Position numbers and translations under genes: made by a program. Source: Desulfoarculaceae bacterium (lineage in GTDB: Bacteria > Desulfobacterota > Desulfobulbia > Desulfobulbales > Desulfocapsaceae). From it: a DNA stretch of 64,000 nucleotides. Position 1 is the first letter of the stretch; every line of letters starts with the position of its first letter. A model generated the notes under the pieces. The model made no database searches and had not been told where the DNA came from. It was given only the letters and a program-made list of their open reading frames with translations. This document shows positions 46,527-57,505 of the stretch, piece after piece. The stretch covers positions 20,597 through 84,596 of the forward strand of contig JAHYIV010000008.1 of the NCBI GenBank assembly GCA_019429465.1, given 5' to 3'.

Positions 46527-46906
46527 CTTGATTTATCCCTGATACCGGGGCATTCATTAATAAGCTGCTCCGGATGAGTCTTAAAATGATTCCAGAAGGG
46601 ATAGGTACGACATCCGGATGGCCGCAGCGGGTAGATGGAACATTTTCTCTCTGCTCCCTGAAAAAAAATACATTCCAGTCCCAGAGCGGTAACCCGCTCC
46701 TTGCAGGAGAACCTGGTTCCGACCCGACAGAGATATTTCTCTATAAAATCAATGTGGTTCATCTGCAGGAACTCACATATCCTATTCATCTCCTGCTGAC
46801 TGACCCAGACATTACCTGATTCTCCACAGCAGCAGTTGCCCGGACAGGTCTCACAGCTACCGGGATCAAAAACAAAATCAAAACCATCCATCCTGACACT
46901 CTCCAT
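46511..46906 (-). CDS. YkgJ-family Cys-cluster (zinc/iron-chelating) protein
   Basis: CETCPGNCCCGE plus later CIFF...KCSIY...GCRTYP motifs are present. The last five codons and the stop lie inside the inverted repeat. Confidence 0.7.
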   Translation of the reverse strand: MESVRMDGFDFVFDPGSCETCPGNCCCGESGNVWVSQQEMNRICEFLQMNHIDFIEKYLCRVGTRFSCKERVTALGLECIFFQGAERKCSIYPLRPSGCRTYPFWNHFKTHPEQLINECPGIRDKSSLMAS

Positions 46907-47069
46907 TGTCCCCTGCCCTGTCGTTTACATCTGCTCTCTCTGCCCTGCTTTTTCAGCTTGAAAAGCAGATGCAGAATATACCAGAGTAAGTTATATTCAC
47001 AAAAAATATTAGTAACTATCCGGCTAGTGCGAAAACCAATACGCTGCAACTGTTCATTATACCTGAGCC

Positions 47070-47783
47070 ATGGCAACAATGTTTCACTTTATTTCATGGT
47101 TTCATCGCAAGGAGACAACAGACACAATGCTTACCACCCAGAAAAAAAAGCTGTCCACCACTCCCACGGCATTTTTCCCTTTCCGCCATCTCGTTATCTC
47201 CCTGCTGACCCTGTTAGCCGTGGCAACAACAGCGGCAGCCGATACATACGTGGTCTCCAGCGATTCTGAAATACCGGTCAGAAGTGGTCAGGGAATTGAG
47301 TACAAGATCATCTCCCTCCTGCAAAAAGGAGACACAGTAACCTCTCTTGAGGAAGATGGCTACTGGCTCAGGGTACGTACCGCCACAGGCAGAGAAGGAT
47401 GGTTGCTGAAACGATATCTGAGCACCCAACCCATTGACGACGCCTCCTCCTTTCCGACCGCCATCGGTAACGACACTGAGGAGACCAGCCCCGAAGCAGA
47501 ACCAGACACCTTCCAGTCTGAGACAGGTATCCTTCCAGAATACAGTGAGCCTCTCCAACCGGAAGAGACACGGTCTCTCCTGGCAGAGCAACAGTTGAAA
47601 GAAGCAAACAAAGAACTGGTGGAGCTCAGAGAGAAGTTGGCAGCAGTCACCCTGGAGAACAAGAAACTGCAAGAGGATGAGCTGATAAAATGGTTCCTGG
47701 CGGGAGGAGGAGTACTGATTATCGGCTGGCTACTGGGACTCATAAGCTGCAAGTCACGGAGACGGAAACCCTCACTCCTGTAG
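47070..47783 (+). CDS. bacterial SH3-domain protein (YgiM/TIGR04211-like) with coiled coil and C-terminal TM anchor
   Basis: The SH3b region is YVVSSDSEIPVRSGQGIEYKIISLLQKGDTVTSLEEDGYWLRVRTATGREGWLLKRYL. A coiled coil follows, then the TM segment WFLAGGGVLIIGWLLGLI. An alternative start is ATG 47127. Confidence 0.75.
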   Translation: MATMFHFISWFHRKETTDTMLTTQKKKLSTTPTAFFPFRHLVISLLTLLAVATTAAADTYVVSSDSEIPVRSGQGIEYKIISLLQKGDTVTSLEEDGYWLRVRTATGREGWLLKRYLSTQPIDDASSFPTAIGNDTEETSPEAEPDTFQSETGILPEYSEPLQPEETRSLLAEQQLKEANKELVELREKLAAVTLENKKLQEDELIKWFLAGGGVLIIGWLLGLISCKSRRRKPSLL

Positions 47784-47898
47784 GAGACATCTCCAAGCAA
47801 CAAGAACAGAGTTTTTTTGTTATTACGAGCCTGGATCAAGGTTAAAAAAAGGCGAAGGCAAGAAAAAAGCGAGGCCAGCAGCGGGTTAAGAGACAAAA

Positions 47899-48696
47899 TC
47901 AGGCTGCGCCAATTGCCTCGGCGACCTGGATTGCCTGTCGGCTGGAAAAAACATCATGAACCCGGACAATCGACACCCCCTGCATCACTGCCAGGGCTGA
48001 GACAACAGCTGTTGACAGATCCCGCTCTGCCACCTTGGCACCGGTGATCTCTCCAAGGAATCCCTTCCGAGAGTGAGCGAGCAGGATGGGCTGGCCCAGG
48101 ACGGAAAAAGCAGACAGATTTTTGAGAATGATCAGATTATGGGCCAAGGTCTTGCCGAAACCAATCCCGGGATCGAGGATAATGCGGCTGCAATCGATGC
48201 CCTGGCCCCGCAGCCAGGAGAGACGCTCTTTGAAGAATTCAATGATCTCGCCAACCACATCCTGATAACGAGGTTCGATCTGCATATCTTCAGGCGTCCC
48301 CTGCATGTGCATAATGACAACAGGAACCGTGCTGGCTCGCACCAGATCGATCATAGCCGGATCATGACGCAAGGCCGACACATCATTGATCATATTGGCA
48401 CCGGCGACAAGGGCCTGACGTGCGACCTCCGCCTTGCGGGTATCAATGGAGATGGGCAGGGAATATCTCTGACGAATAGCCAGAATGGCAGGAATGACCC
48501 GACGAAGCTCTTCTTCTTCGGACACCGGTTCAGCAAAAGGGCGGGTGGACTCTCCACCCACATCGAGCAGATCAGCACCGGTTGCGACCAGGGCATCAGC
48601 CTGGGCCACAGCGCTCTCCCGGGTAGAGTAACAACCACCGTCAGAAAACGAATCCGGGGTCACATTGATGATCCCCATAATCTGTACTCCAGCCAC
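47899..48696 (-). CDS. folP: dihydropteroate synthase
   Basis: GIINVTPDSFSDGG, DVGGESTRP, INDVSAL and DPGIGFGK are present. Confidence 0.95.
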   Translation of the reverse strand: MAGVQIMGIINVTPDSFSDGGCYSTRESAVAQADALVATGADLLDVGGESTRPFAEPVSEEEELRRVIPAILAIRQRYSLPISIDTRKAEVARQALVAGANMINDVSALRHDPAMIDLVRASTVPVVIMHMQGTPEDMQIEPRYQDVVGEIIEFFKERLSWLRGQGIDCSRIILDPGIGFGKTLAHNLIILKNLSAFSVLGQPILLAHSRKGFLGEITGAKVAERDLSTAVVSALAVMQGVSIVRVHDVFSSRQAIQVAEAIGAA

Positions 48697-48701
48697 TGGT
48701 T

Positions 48702-50660
48702 TTACTCCTTGCCCTCGACCAGATCAGAAGTTTTCACCCTGCCTGCTTCTTCCCCGGCGAGTTCACTCCCAGCCGTCTCATCATCAGTGACGGGTTTTTT
48801 CTCTTGTCCTTTTGTGGCCGGCTTTACCGACTGCTCCTCAACCACCGGTTCATATTGGCCGGGACGCAGTTCAGCCAGAATCCGTTCGATATCAGCAAGG
48901 ACAATGGTCTCTTTCTCCAGCAGCTCTTCTGCCATCCGGGTAAGGACATCACGATGCTCAGTCAGCAGCGACATCGTCTGGGCCGTGGCCACATCGATAA
49001 TATTCTTGACCGCCGCATCAATCTTCCGGGCCGTATCCTCGCTGAAATCACGATGCTGGGCAATCTCCCGGCCAAGGAAGATCTGTTCTTCCTTCTTGCC
49101 ATAGGTAAGCGCCCCCAGTTCATCGCTCATCCCCCACTCACAGACCATCTTCCTGGCCACATCCGTGGCCCGCTGCAGATCATTGCCGGCGCCGGTGGTG
49201 ATCTCATTAAAAACGATCTTCTCCGCAATCCGTCCGCCAAAGAGGATGGAGAGCGTATGCTCAAGAAAGGTCTTGGAATGGGTGTATCTCTCTTCGGTCG
49301 GCAACTGCATGGTCAACCCCAGGGCCCGCCCCCGGGGAATAATCGTCACCTTATGAATGGGATCGGTATCAGGCAGCAGTCTGGCAACGAGGGCATGACC
49401 GGCCTCATGGTAGGCAGTAACCTCCTTTTCCTTATCGGTAATGACCATGGAGCGCCGTTCCGCACCCATCAAAATCTTATCCTTGGCCCGATCCAGCATG
49501 TCCTTGTTAATCTTTGTGGCACTTTCCCGGGCCGCCATAAGGGCGGCTTCATTGACAAGATTCTCCAGATCAGCACCGGAAAAGCCAGGAGTTCCCCGGG
49601 CAATGACGGCCATATCGATATCTTCAGCCATGCTCTTTGTTTTGTCGCCGTAGATCTCCAGAATCTTCTGCCTCCCCTTCACATCCGGCAGCGGCACCAC
49701 CACCTGGCGGTCAAAGCGACCGGGACGGAGCAGGGCAGGATCAAGGACATCAGGTCTGTTGGTGGCGGCAATGATGATCACACCCTCATTTTTTTCAAAG
49801 CCGTCCATCTCCACCAGCAGCTGATTCAGGGTCTGTTCACGCTCATCATGACCGCCGCCTAAGCCCGCACCGCGATGACGGCCGACAGCATCGATCTCAT
49901 CAATAAAGATGATACAGGGGGCATTCTTCTTGCCCTGCTCAAACAGATCGCGGACCCGTGAGGCGCCGACACCGACAAACATCTCCACAAAATCAGAGCC
50001 GGAGATAGTGAAAAAGGGGACGTCCGCCTCACCGGCAATCGCCTTGGCCAGCAGGGTCTTGCCGGTGCCTGGCGCTCCGGCCAGCAAAACCCCTTTGGGG
50101 ATGCGTCCCCCGAGTGTAGTGAACTTCTGTGGATCCCGCAGGAAATCGATAATCTCTTCCAGCTCTTCTTTGGCCTCATCAATTCCGGCAACATCGGCAA
50201 AGGTCACATTGTTATCGCTTTTTTCCTTGAGTTTGGCCTTGTTCTTGCCAAACGACATGGCTCCCCCTTTACCGCCCATCTGCATCTGGCGCATAAAAAA
50301 GACCCAGACACCAATCAGCAGCAGCATGGGAAACCAGGAGACAAAGATCGTCATCATCCAGGAATCTTTCTGCACTTCCTTAACCGTGATATCTACCCCG
50401 TTTTTTCGCAGGATAGAGATCATCTCAGTATCATTGGCAGGAGAGATGGTCTTGAAAGGTTTTCCATCCTGAAGCATTCCTGATATGGCATTCCCGTCTA
50501 TCCCGACCCTGGTAATGGCCTTGTTCTCCACTTGGGTCATAAACTCGCCGTAGGTCAGGGTGTTCATTGAGACCGGTGGCTTATTAAAAAGATTAAAAAG
50601 CAGGATCATGGTCAAACCAATCACCAGCCACATGGATAAATTTTTATAAAAAGTATTCAA
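48702..50660 (-). CDS. ftsH: ATP-dependent zinc metalloprotease FtsH
   Basis: Walker A is [13 protein letters not shown]. The SRH motif is [19 protein letters not shown]. The zinc site is HEAGHAL. Two N-terminal TM segments are present. Confidence 0.97.
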   Translation of the reverse strand: MNTFYKNLSMWLVIGLTMILLFNLFNKPPVSMNTLTYGEFMTQVENKAITRVGIDGNAISGMLQDGKPFKTISPANDTEMISILRKNGVDITVKEVQKDSWMMTIFVSWFPMLLLIGVWVFFMRQMQMGGKGGAMSFGKNKAKLKEKSDNNVTFADVAGIDEAKEELEEIIDFLRDPQKFTTLGGRIPKGVLLAGAPGTGKTLLAKAIAGEADVPFFTISGSDFVEMFVGVGASRVRDLFEQGKKNAPCIIFIDEIDAVGRHRGAGLGGGHDEREQTLNQLLVEMDGFEKNEGVIIIAATNRPDVLDPALLRPGRFDRQVVVPLPDVKGRQKILEIYGDKTKSMAEDIDMAVIARGTPGFSGADLENLVNEAALMAARESATKINKDMLDRAKDKILMGAERRSMVITDKEKEVTAYHEAGHALVARLLPDTDPIHKVTIIPRGRALGLTMQLPTEERYTHSKTFLEHTLSILFGGRIAEKIVFNEITTGAGNDLQRATDVARKMVCEWGMSDELGALTYGKKEEQIFLGREIAQHRDFSEDTARKIDAAVKNIIDVATAQTMSLLTEHRDVLTRMAEELLEKETIVLADIERILAELRPGQYEPVVEEQSVKPATKGQEKKPVTDDETAGSELAGEEAGRVKTSDLVEGKE

Positions 50661-50830
50661 CGAAACCTCCGGTGGCTTCTGATTTTTTTAATTTGATCGC
50701 TCTATCCTGTGTATCTGACAGGAGTTAGCGCCAACTTTTGATTGTGACATATCACGGTAAGGCCGAACAGGACATTGTCGAGCCCTGATCGTCGTTTTTC
50801 AACCGGCAGATCGGACTCAACTCTTTTTTC

Positions 50831-53800
50831 TCATATAAAATATTGAATGGGTTGAACCCCCAGGGTACTTATACGTAAGGCCTGCATCGCCATGACCACA
50901 GACACGGCGCCGCTTTTCGTTGTCGTATAGGGGATACGCAATTCGAGTGCAGCCCGTCGAATCAGATAAGAGTCCTCAGTCGTCCGTCTCCCCAAAGAGG
51001 TGTTCACCACCCAGGCCACCTGCCTATCCTTGAGTTTATCAAGGATATGAGGCCGCCCTTCAGAAATCTTATTGACCTGAGCGCAGGCAACCCCATGATG
51101 AGCCAGATAGCTTGCCGTTCCCCTGGTGGCCAGAAGGGTAAAATCCATCTCCACCAGCTGCCTTGCCGCTTCCAGAATTCCTTCCTTGTCTCCATCGCGC
51201 ACACTGATAAAGACCGTACCCGATGACGGCAGGGTAACGCCTGATGCCAGCTGGGCCTTGGCAAGGGCCAGCCCCAGGTTATCATCAATCCCCATCACCT
51301 CACCGGTGGATTTCATCTCGGGGCCAAGCAGGGTATCGACATTCTTGAACCGGTCAAAAGGAAAGACTGCCTCCTTGACTGCCCAATGCTGTATCGTCAC
51401 CTCGGTGGTCAGGCCAAGCTGTTCAAGGGTCATGCCCATCATCACCTTGGTGGCCATCTTGGCCAGAGGCACGCCGGTGGCCTTGCTGACAAAGGGCACC
51501 GTTCGGGAGGCACGGGGATTCACCTCAAGGATATAGAGATCCTCATCCTTGACTGCGTATTGCACATTCATCAGACCGATCACCCCAAGCTCTTTGGCCA
51601 TGGCCCTGGTAGCCTGCTTGATCTCTTCAATGAGGTGCGCAGAGAGGGTATGCGGTGGCAGGACACAGGAAGAGTCGCCGGAGTGAATACCGGCCTCTTC
51701 AATATGCTCCATAATTCCGCCGATAATGGTTTTTTGGCCATCACAGATGGCATCAACATCCACCTCGATGGCATCCTCCAGAAACTTATCGATCAAAACC
51801 GGGTGTTTGTTATCCGTCAGACCCTGTTTGGCCATGAATTCGCGAATGCCCTGATCACTGTAGACAATCCGCATATCGCGGCCACCAAGGACATAGGAAG
51901 GCCGAACCACCACTGGATAGCCGATCTTTTCCGAGGCACCGAGGGCTTCTTCCAGGGTATACACTGTATCATTATTGGGCTGACGCAGATTCAGCTTCTG
52001 CAGAACCTGCTGAAAACGTTTGCGGTCTTCCGCCCGATCAATCGAATCCGGTGAGGTCCCAATAATGGGCACACCTGCCTCTTCCAGGGCCACGGCCAGA
52101 TTCAACGGGGTCTGACCACCGAACTGGACAATAACCCCATCCGGCCTTTCCAGATCAATGATGTTCAACACATCTTCCAGAGTCAGTGGTTCAAAATAGA
52201 GCCTGTCCGAGGTATCATAATCAGTGGACACGGTTTCGGGATTGGAATTGACCATGATCGACTCAATGCCGATCTCGGCCAGGGCAAAGGCGGCGTGGAC
52301 ACAGCAGTAATCAAACTCTATCCCCTGACCTATCCTGTTAGGCCCGCCGCCAAGGATCATCACCTTTTTCCGCTCCGACCTGACAGCTTCATTTTCCTGC
52401 TCATAGGTGGAATAATAATAAGGGGTATAGGACTCGAACTCGGCGGCACAGGTATCAACCTGTTTATACACCGGCAGGACCCCCCGTTGCTTCCGCAGGG
52501 CGCGAACTTCATTACTGGAGGTTCCCGTGAGAAAGGCCAGCTGCTGATCAGCGAAGCCGTACTGTTTGCATTTTTTCAAGAATGCCTGATCCATCCCAGA
52601 CACACCCTGCAGGCGAATCTCCTGTTCCATGGCCACGATCTGCTCCAGATTGCGCAGGAACCAGGGGTCAATCTTGGTCAGAGTAGAGATATGTTCAACT
52701 GCCAGTCCGCGCCTGAGGGCCTCATAAATATAAGCGACCCGTTTGGAACTCGGGACCCGCAGTCCCATCTCCAGCTCAAAGATCTCCAGGTGATCAAGCG
52801 GTTCCTTGCCGTCGGCCCCGAATCCGGCACGACCGGTCTCCAGTGAGCGCATGGCTTTCTGAAATGCCTCCTTGAAGGTGCGGCCAATGGCCATGGTCTC
52901 CCCCACGGATTTCATGGCCGTGCTCAGGACGTCCTCGGTTTCGGGAAATTTCTCAAAGGTAAACCGGGGGATCTTGACCACACAGTAATCTATGGTTGGC
53001 TCAAAGGCGGCGTAGGTCTCCCGGGTAATATCATTTTTGATCTCATCGAGGGTAAAACCGACGGCCAGCTTGGCGGCAATCTTGGCAATGGGAAAACCGG
53101 TGGCCTTGGAGGCCAGTGCTGAACTCCTGGAGACTCTGGGGTTCATCTCGATGATCATCAACTCGCCGTCTTGCGGATTGACGGCAAACTGGACATTGGA
53201 GCCGCCGGTCTCCACCCCGATCTCCCTGATAATGGCAATGGCCGCATCGCGCATCTCCTGATACTGACGATCAGTGAGGGTCTGGGCCGGGGCCACGGTA
53301 ATGGAATCACCGGTATGCACCCCCATGGCATCCATATTCTCAATGGAGCAGATGATCACCACATTGTCCTTGCAGTCGCGCATCACCTCAAGCTCAAACT
53401 CCTTCCACCCCAGCAGGCTGCGCTCAACCATGATCTCGGTGATCATGGACAGATCCAGGCCACATGAAGACATTGTTTCCAACTCCTGGCGATTATAAGC
53501 CACACCACCGCCTGTGCCGCCGAGGGTGAAACTGGGGCGGACAATGACCGGAAAGCCAATGGCATCACCGGCAGCCATGGCATCTTCCAGGGTATGGACA
53601 ATGGCTGATTCAGGTACCTTGAGCCCAATGGCCTGCATGGCCGCCCGGAACTCTTCACGTCCCTCCGCCTTTTTTATAACATCAACCTTGGCGGCCAGCA
53701 TCTCCACCTTGTACTTGTCAAGAACACCAGACTCGGCCAGCTTGATGGCCACATTGAGCGCGGTCTGCCCGCCAAGGGTGGGCAGGAGGGCATCAGGCCG

Positions 53801-54043
53801 TTCCATTTCAATAATCTTGGTCACCATCTCCAGGGTAATCGGCTCGATATAGGTCCGATCGGCCAACTCAGGATCGGTCATGATGGTGGCGGGATTGGAG
53901 TTGATGAGGATGACCTCGTACCCCTCTTCCTTCAGTGCCTTGACCGCCTGGGCACCCGAATAATCAAATTCACAGGCCTGACTGATAATAATGGGACCGG
54001 AGCCAATGATGAGGATCTTGTGGATATCGTTTCGTTTTGGCAT
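50831..54043 (-). CDS. carB: carbamoyl-phosphate synthase large subunit
   Basis: The product is 1070 aa with duplicated ATP-grasp halves ([21 protein letters not shown] / [20 protein letters not shown]) and a C-terminal MGS-like domain. Confidence 0.97.
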   Translation of the reverse strand: MPKRNDIHKILIIGSGPIIISQACEFDYSGAQAVKALKEEGYEVILINSNPATIMTDPELADRTYIEPITLEMVTKIIEMERPDALLPTLGGQTALNVAIKLAESGVLDKYKVEMLAAKVDVIKKAEGREEFRAAMQAIGLKVPESAIVHTLEDAMAAGDAIGFPVIVRPSFTLGGTGGGVAYNRQELETMSSCGLDLSMITEIMVERSLLGWKEFELEVMRDCKDNVVIICSIENMDAMGVHTGDSITVAPAQTLTDRQYQEMRDAAIAIIREIGVETGGSNVQFAVNPQDGELMIIEMNPRVSRSSALASKATGFPIAKIAAKLAVGFTLDEIKNDITRETYAAFEPTIDYCVVKIPRFTFEKFPETEDVLSTAMKSVGETMAIGRTFKEAFQKAMRSLETGRAGFGADGKEPLDHLEIFELEMGLRVPSSKRVAYIYEALRRGLAVEHISTLTKIDPWFLRNLEQIVAMEQEIRLQGVSGMDQAFLKKCKQYGFADQQLAFLTGTSSNEVRALRKQRGVLPVYKQVDTCAAEFESYTPYYYSTYEQENEAVRSERKKVMILGGGPNRIGQGIEFDYCCVHAAFALAEIGIESIMVNSNPETVSTDYDTSDRLYFEPLTLEDVLNIIDLERPDGVIVQFGGQTPLNLAVALEEAGVPIIGTSPDSIDRAEDRKRFQQVLQKLNLRQPNNDTVYTLEEALGASEKIGYPVVVRPSYVLGGRDMRIVYSDQGIREFMAKQGLTDNKHPVLIDKFLEDAIEVDVDAICDGQKTIIGGIMEHIEEAGIHSGDSSCVLPPHTLSAHLIEEIKQATRAMAKELGVIGLMNVQYAVKDEDLYILEVNPRASRTVPFVSKATGVPLAKMATKVMMGMTLEQLGLTTEVTIQHWAVKEAVFPFDRFKNVDTLLGPEMKSTGEVMGIDDNLGLALAKAQLASGVTLPSSGTVFISVRDGDKEGILEAARQLVEMDFTLLATRGTASYLAHHGVACAQVNKISEGRPHILDKLKDRQVAWVVNTSLGRRTTEDSYLIRRAALELRIPYTTTKSGAVSVVMAMQALRISTLGVQPIQYFI

Positions 54044-54132
54044 GGGATTTAAAAAAAATTAGAATTTAGGAATCAGGAATTAAACCGCTGTAAAAAAATA
54101 ACATGGCCATTAAAGTAACCGGAGTGGCATAA

Positions 54133-54185
54133 AGGAGCCGTAACGAAATAGATATAAATAGCCATGTTATTTCGTAACGGCTCCT
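54133..54185. repeat. 17-bp-stem hairpin in the carA-carB spacer; one arm recurs at 38348-38366
   Basis: The arms are AGGAGCCGTAACGAAATA ... TATTTCGTAACGGCTCCT with one central mismatch. The 19-mer ATTTCGTAACG(G/A)CTCCTAA occurs at 54169-54187 and at 38348-38366. Confidence 0.6.
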
Positions 54186-54203
54186 AAAGAACAAGTCCAA
54201 CTT

Positions 54204-55331
54204 TTAACGTTCACTCCGCATCATCGCGACAAACCGGTCAAAGAGATATAATGAATCGTGAGGCCCGGGAGCATGTTCGGGATGATACTGGACGGAGAAC
54301 GCGGGATAAAGCCGATGCCGCATCCCTTCGATGCTGCCATCGTTGAGATTGATATGGGTCAGCTCAATGGCCTCTTTATCCAGACTGTCCAGATCGACAT
54401 TAAATCCATGATTCTGGGAGGTGATCTCCACGTGCCCCGTAGTCAGATCCTTAACCGGTTGATTCCCGCCGCGATGGCCGAATTTCAGCTTGTAGGTGGA
54501 GCCACCATAGGCCAGTCCCAGGATCTGATGACCAAGGCATATCCCGAAAATAGGCGTTTTCCCGAGAAGCCCCTGCACCGTCTCCACCACTCCCGGAATA
54601 CCGGCAGGATCCCCCGGCCCGTTTGACAGAAAAACACCATCCGGCTTCATGGCCAGAATAGTCGCCGCATCGGTTGCAGCCGGCACCACCTGGACCTGGC
54701 ACCCTTTCTCGGTCATAATGCGCAGCTGATTGAATTTGACCCCGCAATCAATGGCCACAACCTTCAATGGGTTGTCCAATCCAGCCTGGACAGTGGAAAA
54801 ATTGGTACCGGTAACAGGCAGGTTATCCGCCCAGCCATAGGGCTGATCACAGGTCACCTTCCGGACCATATCCTGACCCAGAAGGCCGCCCCATTCGTTG
54901 GCCCGCTTGACCAGGGATTGACGGTCCAGATCCTCGGTGGAAACGATGGCTTTCAAGGCCCCCACCGTCCGGATATGGCGCACCAGCGCCCTGGTGTCAA
55001 AGCCCTCTACCCCAAGGACGCCATACTGTTGCAGAAACTCGGCCAGGGTCCGTTCGGAACGAAAATTGGACGGCACCGCATTATACTCCTTGACCAGAAA
55101 GGCCTCAGGATGGATAGCAGTCGACTCCATATCCTCGCTATTGACTCCATAATTGCCAATGAGAGGATAGGTCATAGTCACAATCTGACCAGTATAGGAA
55201 GGATCAGTCAGGATCTCCTGATACCCGCTCATGGAGGTGTTGAAGACCATCTCGCCTACGGCCTCACCTTTTCCAGTAAAGGACTCACCTTCAAAAATGG
55301 TCCCATCTTCCAAGGCTATCAATGCTTTCAT
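54204..55331 (-). CDS. carA: carbamoyl-phosphate synthase small subunit (glutamine amidotransferase)
   Basis: The start is MKALIALEDGTIFEGESFG. The GATase triad region is FGICLGHQ ... HPE. I trimmed the start to ATG 55331. Confidence 0.95.
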   Translation of the reverse strand: MKALIALEDGTIFEGESFTGKGEAVGEMVFNTSMSGYQEILTDPSYTGQIVTMTYPLIGNYGVNSEDMESTAIHPEAFLVKEYNAVPSNFRSERTLAEFLQQYGVLGVEGFDTRALVRHIRTVGALKAIVSTEDLDRQSLVKRANEWGGLLGQDMVRKVTCDQPYGWADNLPVTGTNFSTVQAGLDNPLKVVAIDCGVKFNQLRIMTEKGCQVQVVPAATDAATILAMKPDGVFLSNGPGDPAGIPGVVETVQGLLGKTPIFGICLGHQILGLAYGGSTYKLKFGHRGGNQPVKDLTTGHVEITSQNHGFNVDLDSLDKEAIELTHINLNDGSIEGMRHRLYPAFSVQYHPEHAPGPHDSLYLFDRFVAMMRSER

Positions 55332-55858
55332 ATATTTTCCTATCCTTCTCCAAAAGGAGAATTTCATATCTTCCTTGCAGGCTCATGCCCCAAGAGCACC
55401 TTGAAGAATCAGTATCTTCGTTCAAGATCAAGGCGTGCGCAAAAAAACTTACCAGAGGATACAAGGCCATGAGAACAGCGAAGAGACTGAACAAGGAGGA
55501 AATTTCTCCACGCTGCCCTCTCTACCAGCTCACGACTCCTGGTGTCCTCCAAAAAGCGTAAAGCTAAAAGTCAAAACCATAATATTTAACCCGGAATACC
55601 ACTGCAAGTCAATCAGATTCGGGAACGAAAGAAGGAAAGCAGAAACGACAAGCAGACACCAGATGACCTCGATAGTCCTGATTTATGATTGACAAGTCGC
55701 GGCAGCCTGATTACTCATTTTCAATTCTTAGAGTCAGGAACGGTCAAGGATGGAAAGCTTTTTTCTGGTCAGGCTCCACCTCCTTTCAACTGGTCACGAC
55801 ATTCCAGGGCTGTCGTTATTTTTGCAGGTCGGCTCGCCCCTTGATAACAGGAGAAACC

Positions 55859-56899
55859 ATGCACAAGCGCAAGATTAGATCTTCATTATTCTATCTCTTT
55901 ACCCTTTTATTCATTCTAACTGGAGAAACACTCATGGCAGAGACGCAACTGAAAGACGGCCTGTACGCCAAATTTATCACCGCCAGGGGCGATATCACCT
56001 GTGCCCTGGAATTTGAAAAAACTCCTCTCACCGTGGCCAATTTTATCGGCCTGGCCGAGGGCACCAAAGAGCTCGGCGGTGGTGCCGGCAAAGGTGGCAC
56101 CAGATTTTACGACAATCTGACCTTTCACCGCGTCATTCCCGACTTCATGGTTCAGGGCGGCTGCCCCTTAGGCACCGGCACCGGCGGCCCCGGCTACACC
56201 TTCCCTGATGAGATTGACCCCAGCCTGAAACACAGCGGCCCGGGCATCCTCTCCATGGCCAATGCCGGACCCGGCACCAATGGCAGCCAGTTTTTCATCA
56301 CCCATATCGCCACCCCATGGCTGGACGGCAAACACACGGTCTTCGGCCATGTGGTTGCAGGTCAGGATGTGGTCAATAAAATCGAGGGCAATGACAAACT
56401 GAAATCAGTGGAGATCATTCGCGTGGGCGCCAAGGCCGAAGCCTTCAAGAGTGATCAGGCCGCCTTTGACGCCCTGCTTGCCTCCATGGATAAACGGGCC
56501 GGCGAAAAAGAACTGGCAGCCATGGAATCACAAGTCAAACAGATAAAGCAGCGTTGGCCCGAGGCCATCACCACCCCCTCCGGTCTCCAGTATGTGGTCG
56601 TCCAGAAAGGGACCGGCACCGAGACCCCCTCCGCCGGCACCACGGTCAAGGCCCACTACACCGGAAAGCTGCTGGACGGCACCAAGTTCGACAGTTCCTA
56701 TGACCGCGGCGAACCGATCAGCTTTCCCGTGGGCCAGGGTCGGGTAATCAAGGGCTGGGATGAGGCCTTTCTGGCTATGACCAAAGGGGAGAAACGCACC
56801 CTCATCATCCCGGGGAAACTTGGATATGGGCCATCAGGACGCGGCCCTATCCCCCCAAATGCCACCATGGTCTTTGACGTGGAGCTGGTCGATTTTTAG
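55859..56899 (+). CDS. secreted dual-family peptidyl-prolyl isomerase (cyclophilin + FKBP fusion)
   Basis: AGGAGA precedes ATG 55859, and the product has a signal peptide. The cyclophilin region is [13 protein letters not shown]...[11 protein letters not shown] linker follows. The FKBP region is [18 protein letters not shown]...[15 protein letters not shown]...[14 protein letters not shown]. Confidence 0.85.
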   Translation: MHKRKIRSSLFYLFTLLFILTGETLMAETQLKDGLYAKFITARGDITCALEFEKTPLTVANFIGLAEGTKELGGGAGKGGTRFYDNLTFHRVIPDFMVQGGCPLGTGTGGPGYTFPDEIDPSLKHSGPGILSMANAGPGTNGSQFFITHIATPWLDGKHTVFGHVVAGQDVVNKIEGNDKLKSVEIIRVGAKAEAFKSDQAAFDALLASMDKRAGEKELAAMESQVKQIKQRWPEAITTPSGLQYVVVQKGTGTETPSAGTTVKAHYTGKLLDGTKFDSSYDRGEPISFPVGQGRVIKGWDEAFLAMTKGEKRTLIIPGKLGYGPSGRGPIPPNATMVFDVELVDF

Positions 56900-56910
56900 A
56901 AGCCGTTAAA

Positions 56911-57390
56911 GCCATGAGCAAGGCTTTTTTTGCTCATGGCTTTCTACGGATTCTTATGCCGCCTCCATAAAGCAGCCAATCTGTTCCGGCTGTTTTATGG
57001 GGCGGCGTCTCGCAATTAACATCAGGAGATCATAGCCTTGAGCAAGGCTTTTTTTGCTCAAGGCTTTCTACGGATTCTTATGCCGCCTCCACAAAACAGC
57101 CAATCTGTTCCGGCTGTTTTATGGGGCGGCGTCTCGCAATTAACATCAGGAGATCATAGCCTTGAGCAAGGCTTTTTTTGCTCAAGGCTTTCTACGGATT
57201 CTTATGCCGCCTCAACAAAACAGCCAATCTGTTCCGGCTGTTTTATGGGGCGGCGTCTCGCAATTTACATCAGAGGATCATAGCCTTGAGCAAGGCTTTT
57301 TTTGCTCAAGGCTTTCTACGGATTCTTATGCCGCCTCCATAAAACAGCCAATCTGTTCCGGCTGTTTTATGGAGGCGGCGTCTTGCAGAT
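56911..57390. repeat. tandem array of about 3.8 x 124-bp units, each with two hairpins
   Basis: Units start at 56911, 57035, 57159 and 57283. Each unit has a stem GCCTTGAGCAA/TTGCTCAAGGC around GGCTTTTT, plus a stem of about 20 bp, GCCGCCTCCA.AAAACAGCC/GGCTGTTTTATGG.GCGGC. Unit-to-unit identity is about 96 percent. Confidence 0.9.
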
Positions 57391-57432
57391 ACCGCATAAG
57401 ACAACATACAGGGAGGCGTTTCCGGCCATTCA

Positions 57433-57478
57433 AACGACAAAAGGCCCTATCTGAAAACAGATAGGGCCTTTTGTCGTT
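57433..57478. terminator. bidirectional terminator hairpin between the convergent PPIase and trpS genes
   Basis: The sequence is AACGACAAAAGGCCCTATCTG-AAAA-CAGATAGGGCCTTTTGTCGTT. It forms a perfect 21-bp stem whose GC-rich core is flanked by A and T runs. Confidence 0.75.
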
Positions 57479-57505
57479 CAGCTCCGTCAAATTCTGCCAA
57501 CTTTT

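Noticed and set aside
54133-54203. A 32-aa ORF (MAIYIYFVTAPLCHSGYFNGHVIFLQRFNS) lies on the minus strand of the carA-carB spacer, downstream of an AGGAG.
   Set aside because: The AGGAG-to-ATG spacing is 15 nt, which is too long. The ORF is formed by the hairpin arms, and the copy of the motif at 38348-38366 does not keep an equivalent ORF.
56911-57390. The tandem array could have been a CRISPR locus or a set of small repeated genes (ORFs 57038..57283 and 57162..57464 both start MSKAFFAQGF).
   Set aside because: The units are contiguous, with no unique spacers. No cas genes are present in the window. The 124-bp period is not divisible by 3, so the reading frame differs between units and the peptide similarity simply reflects the DNA repeat.
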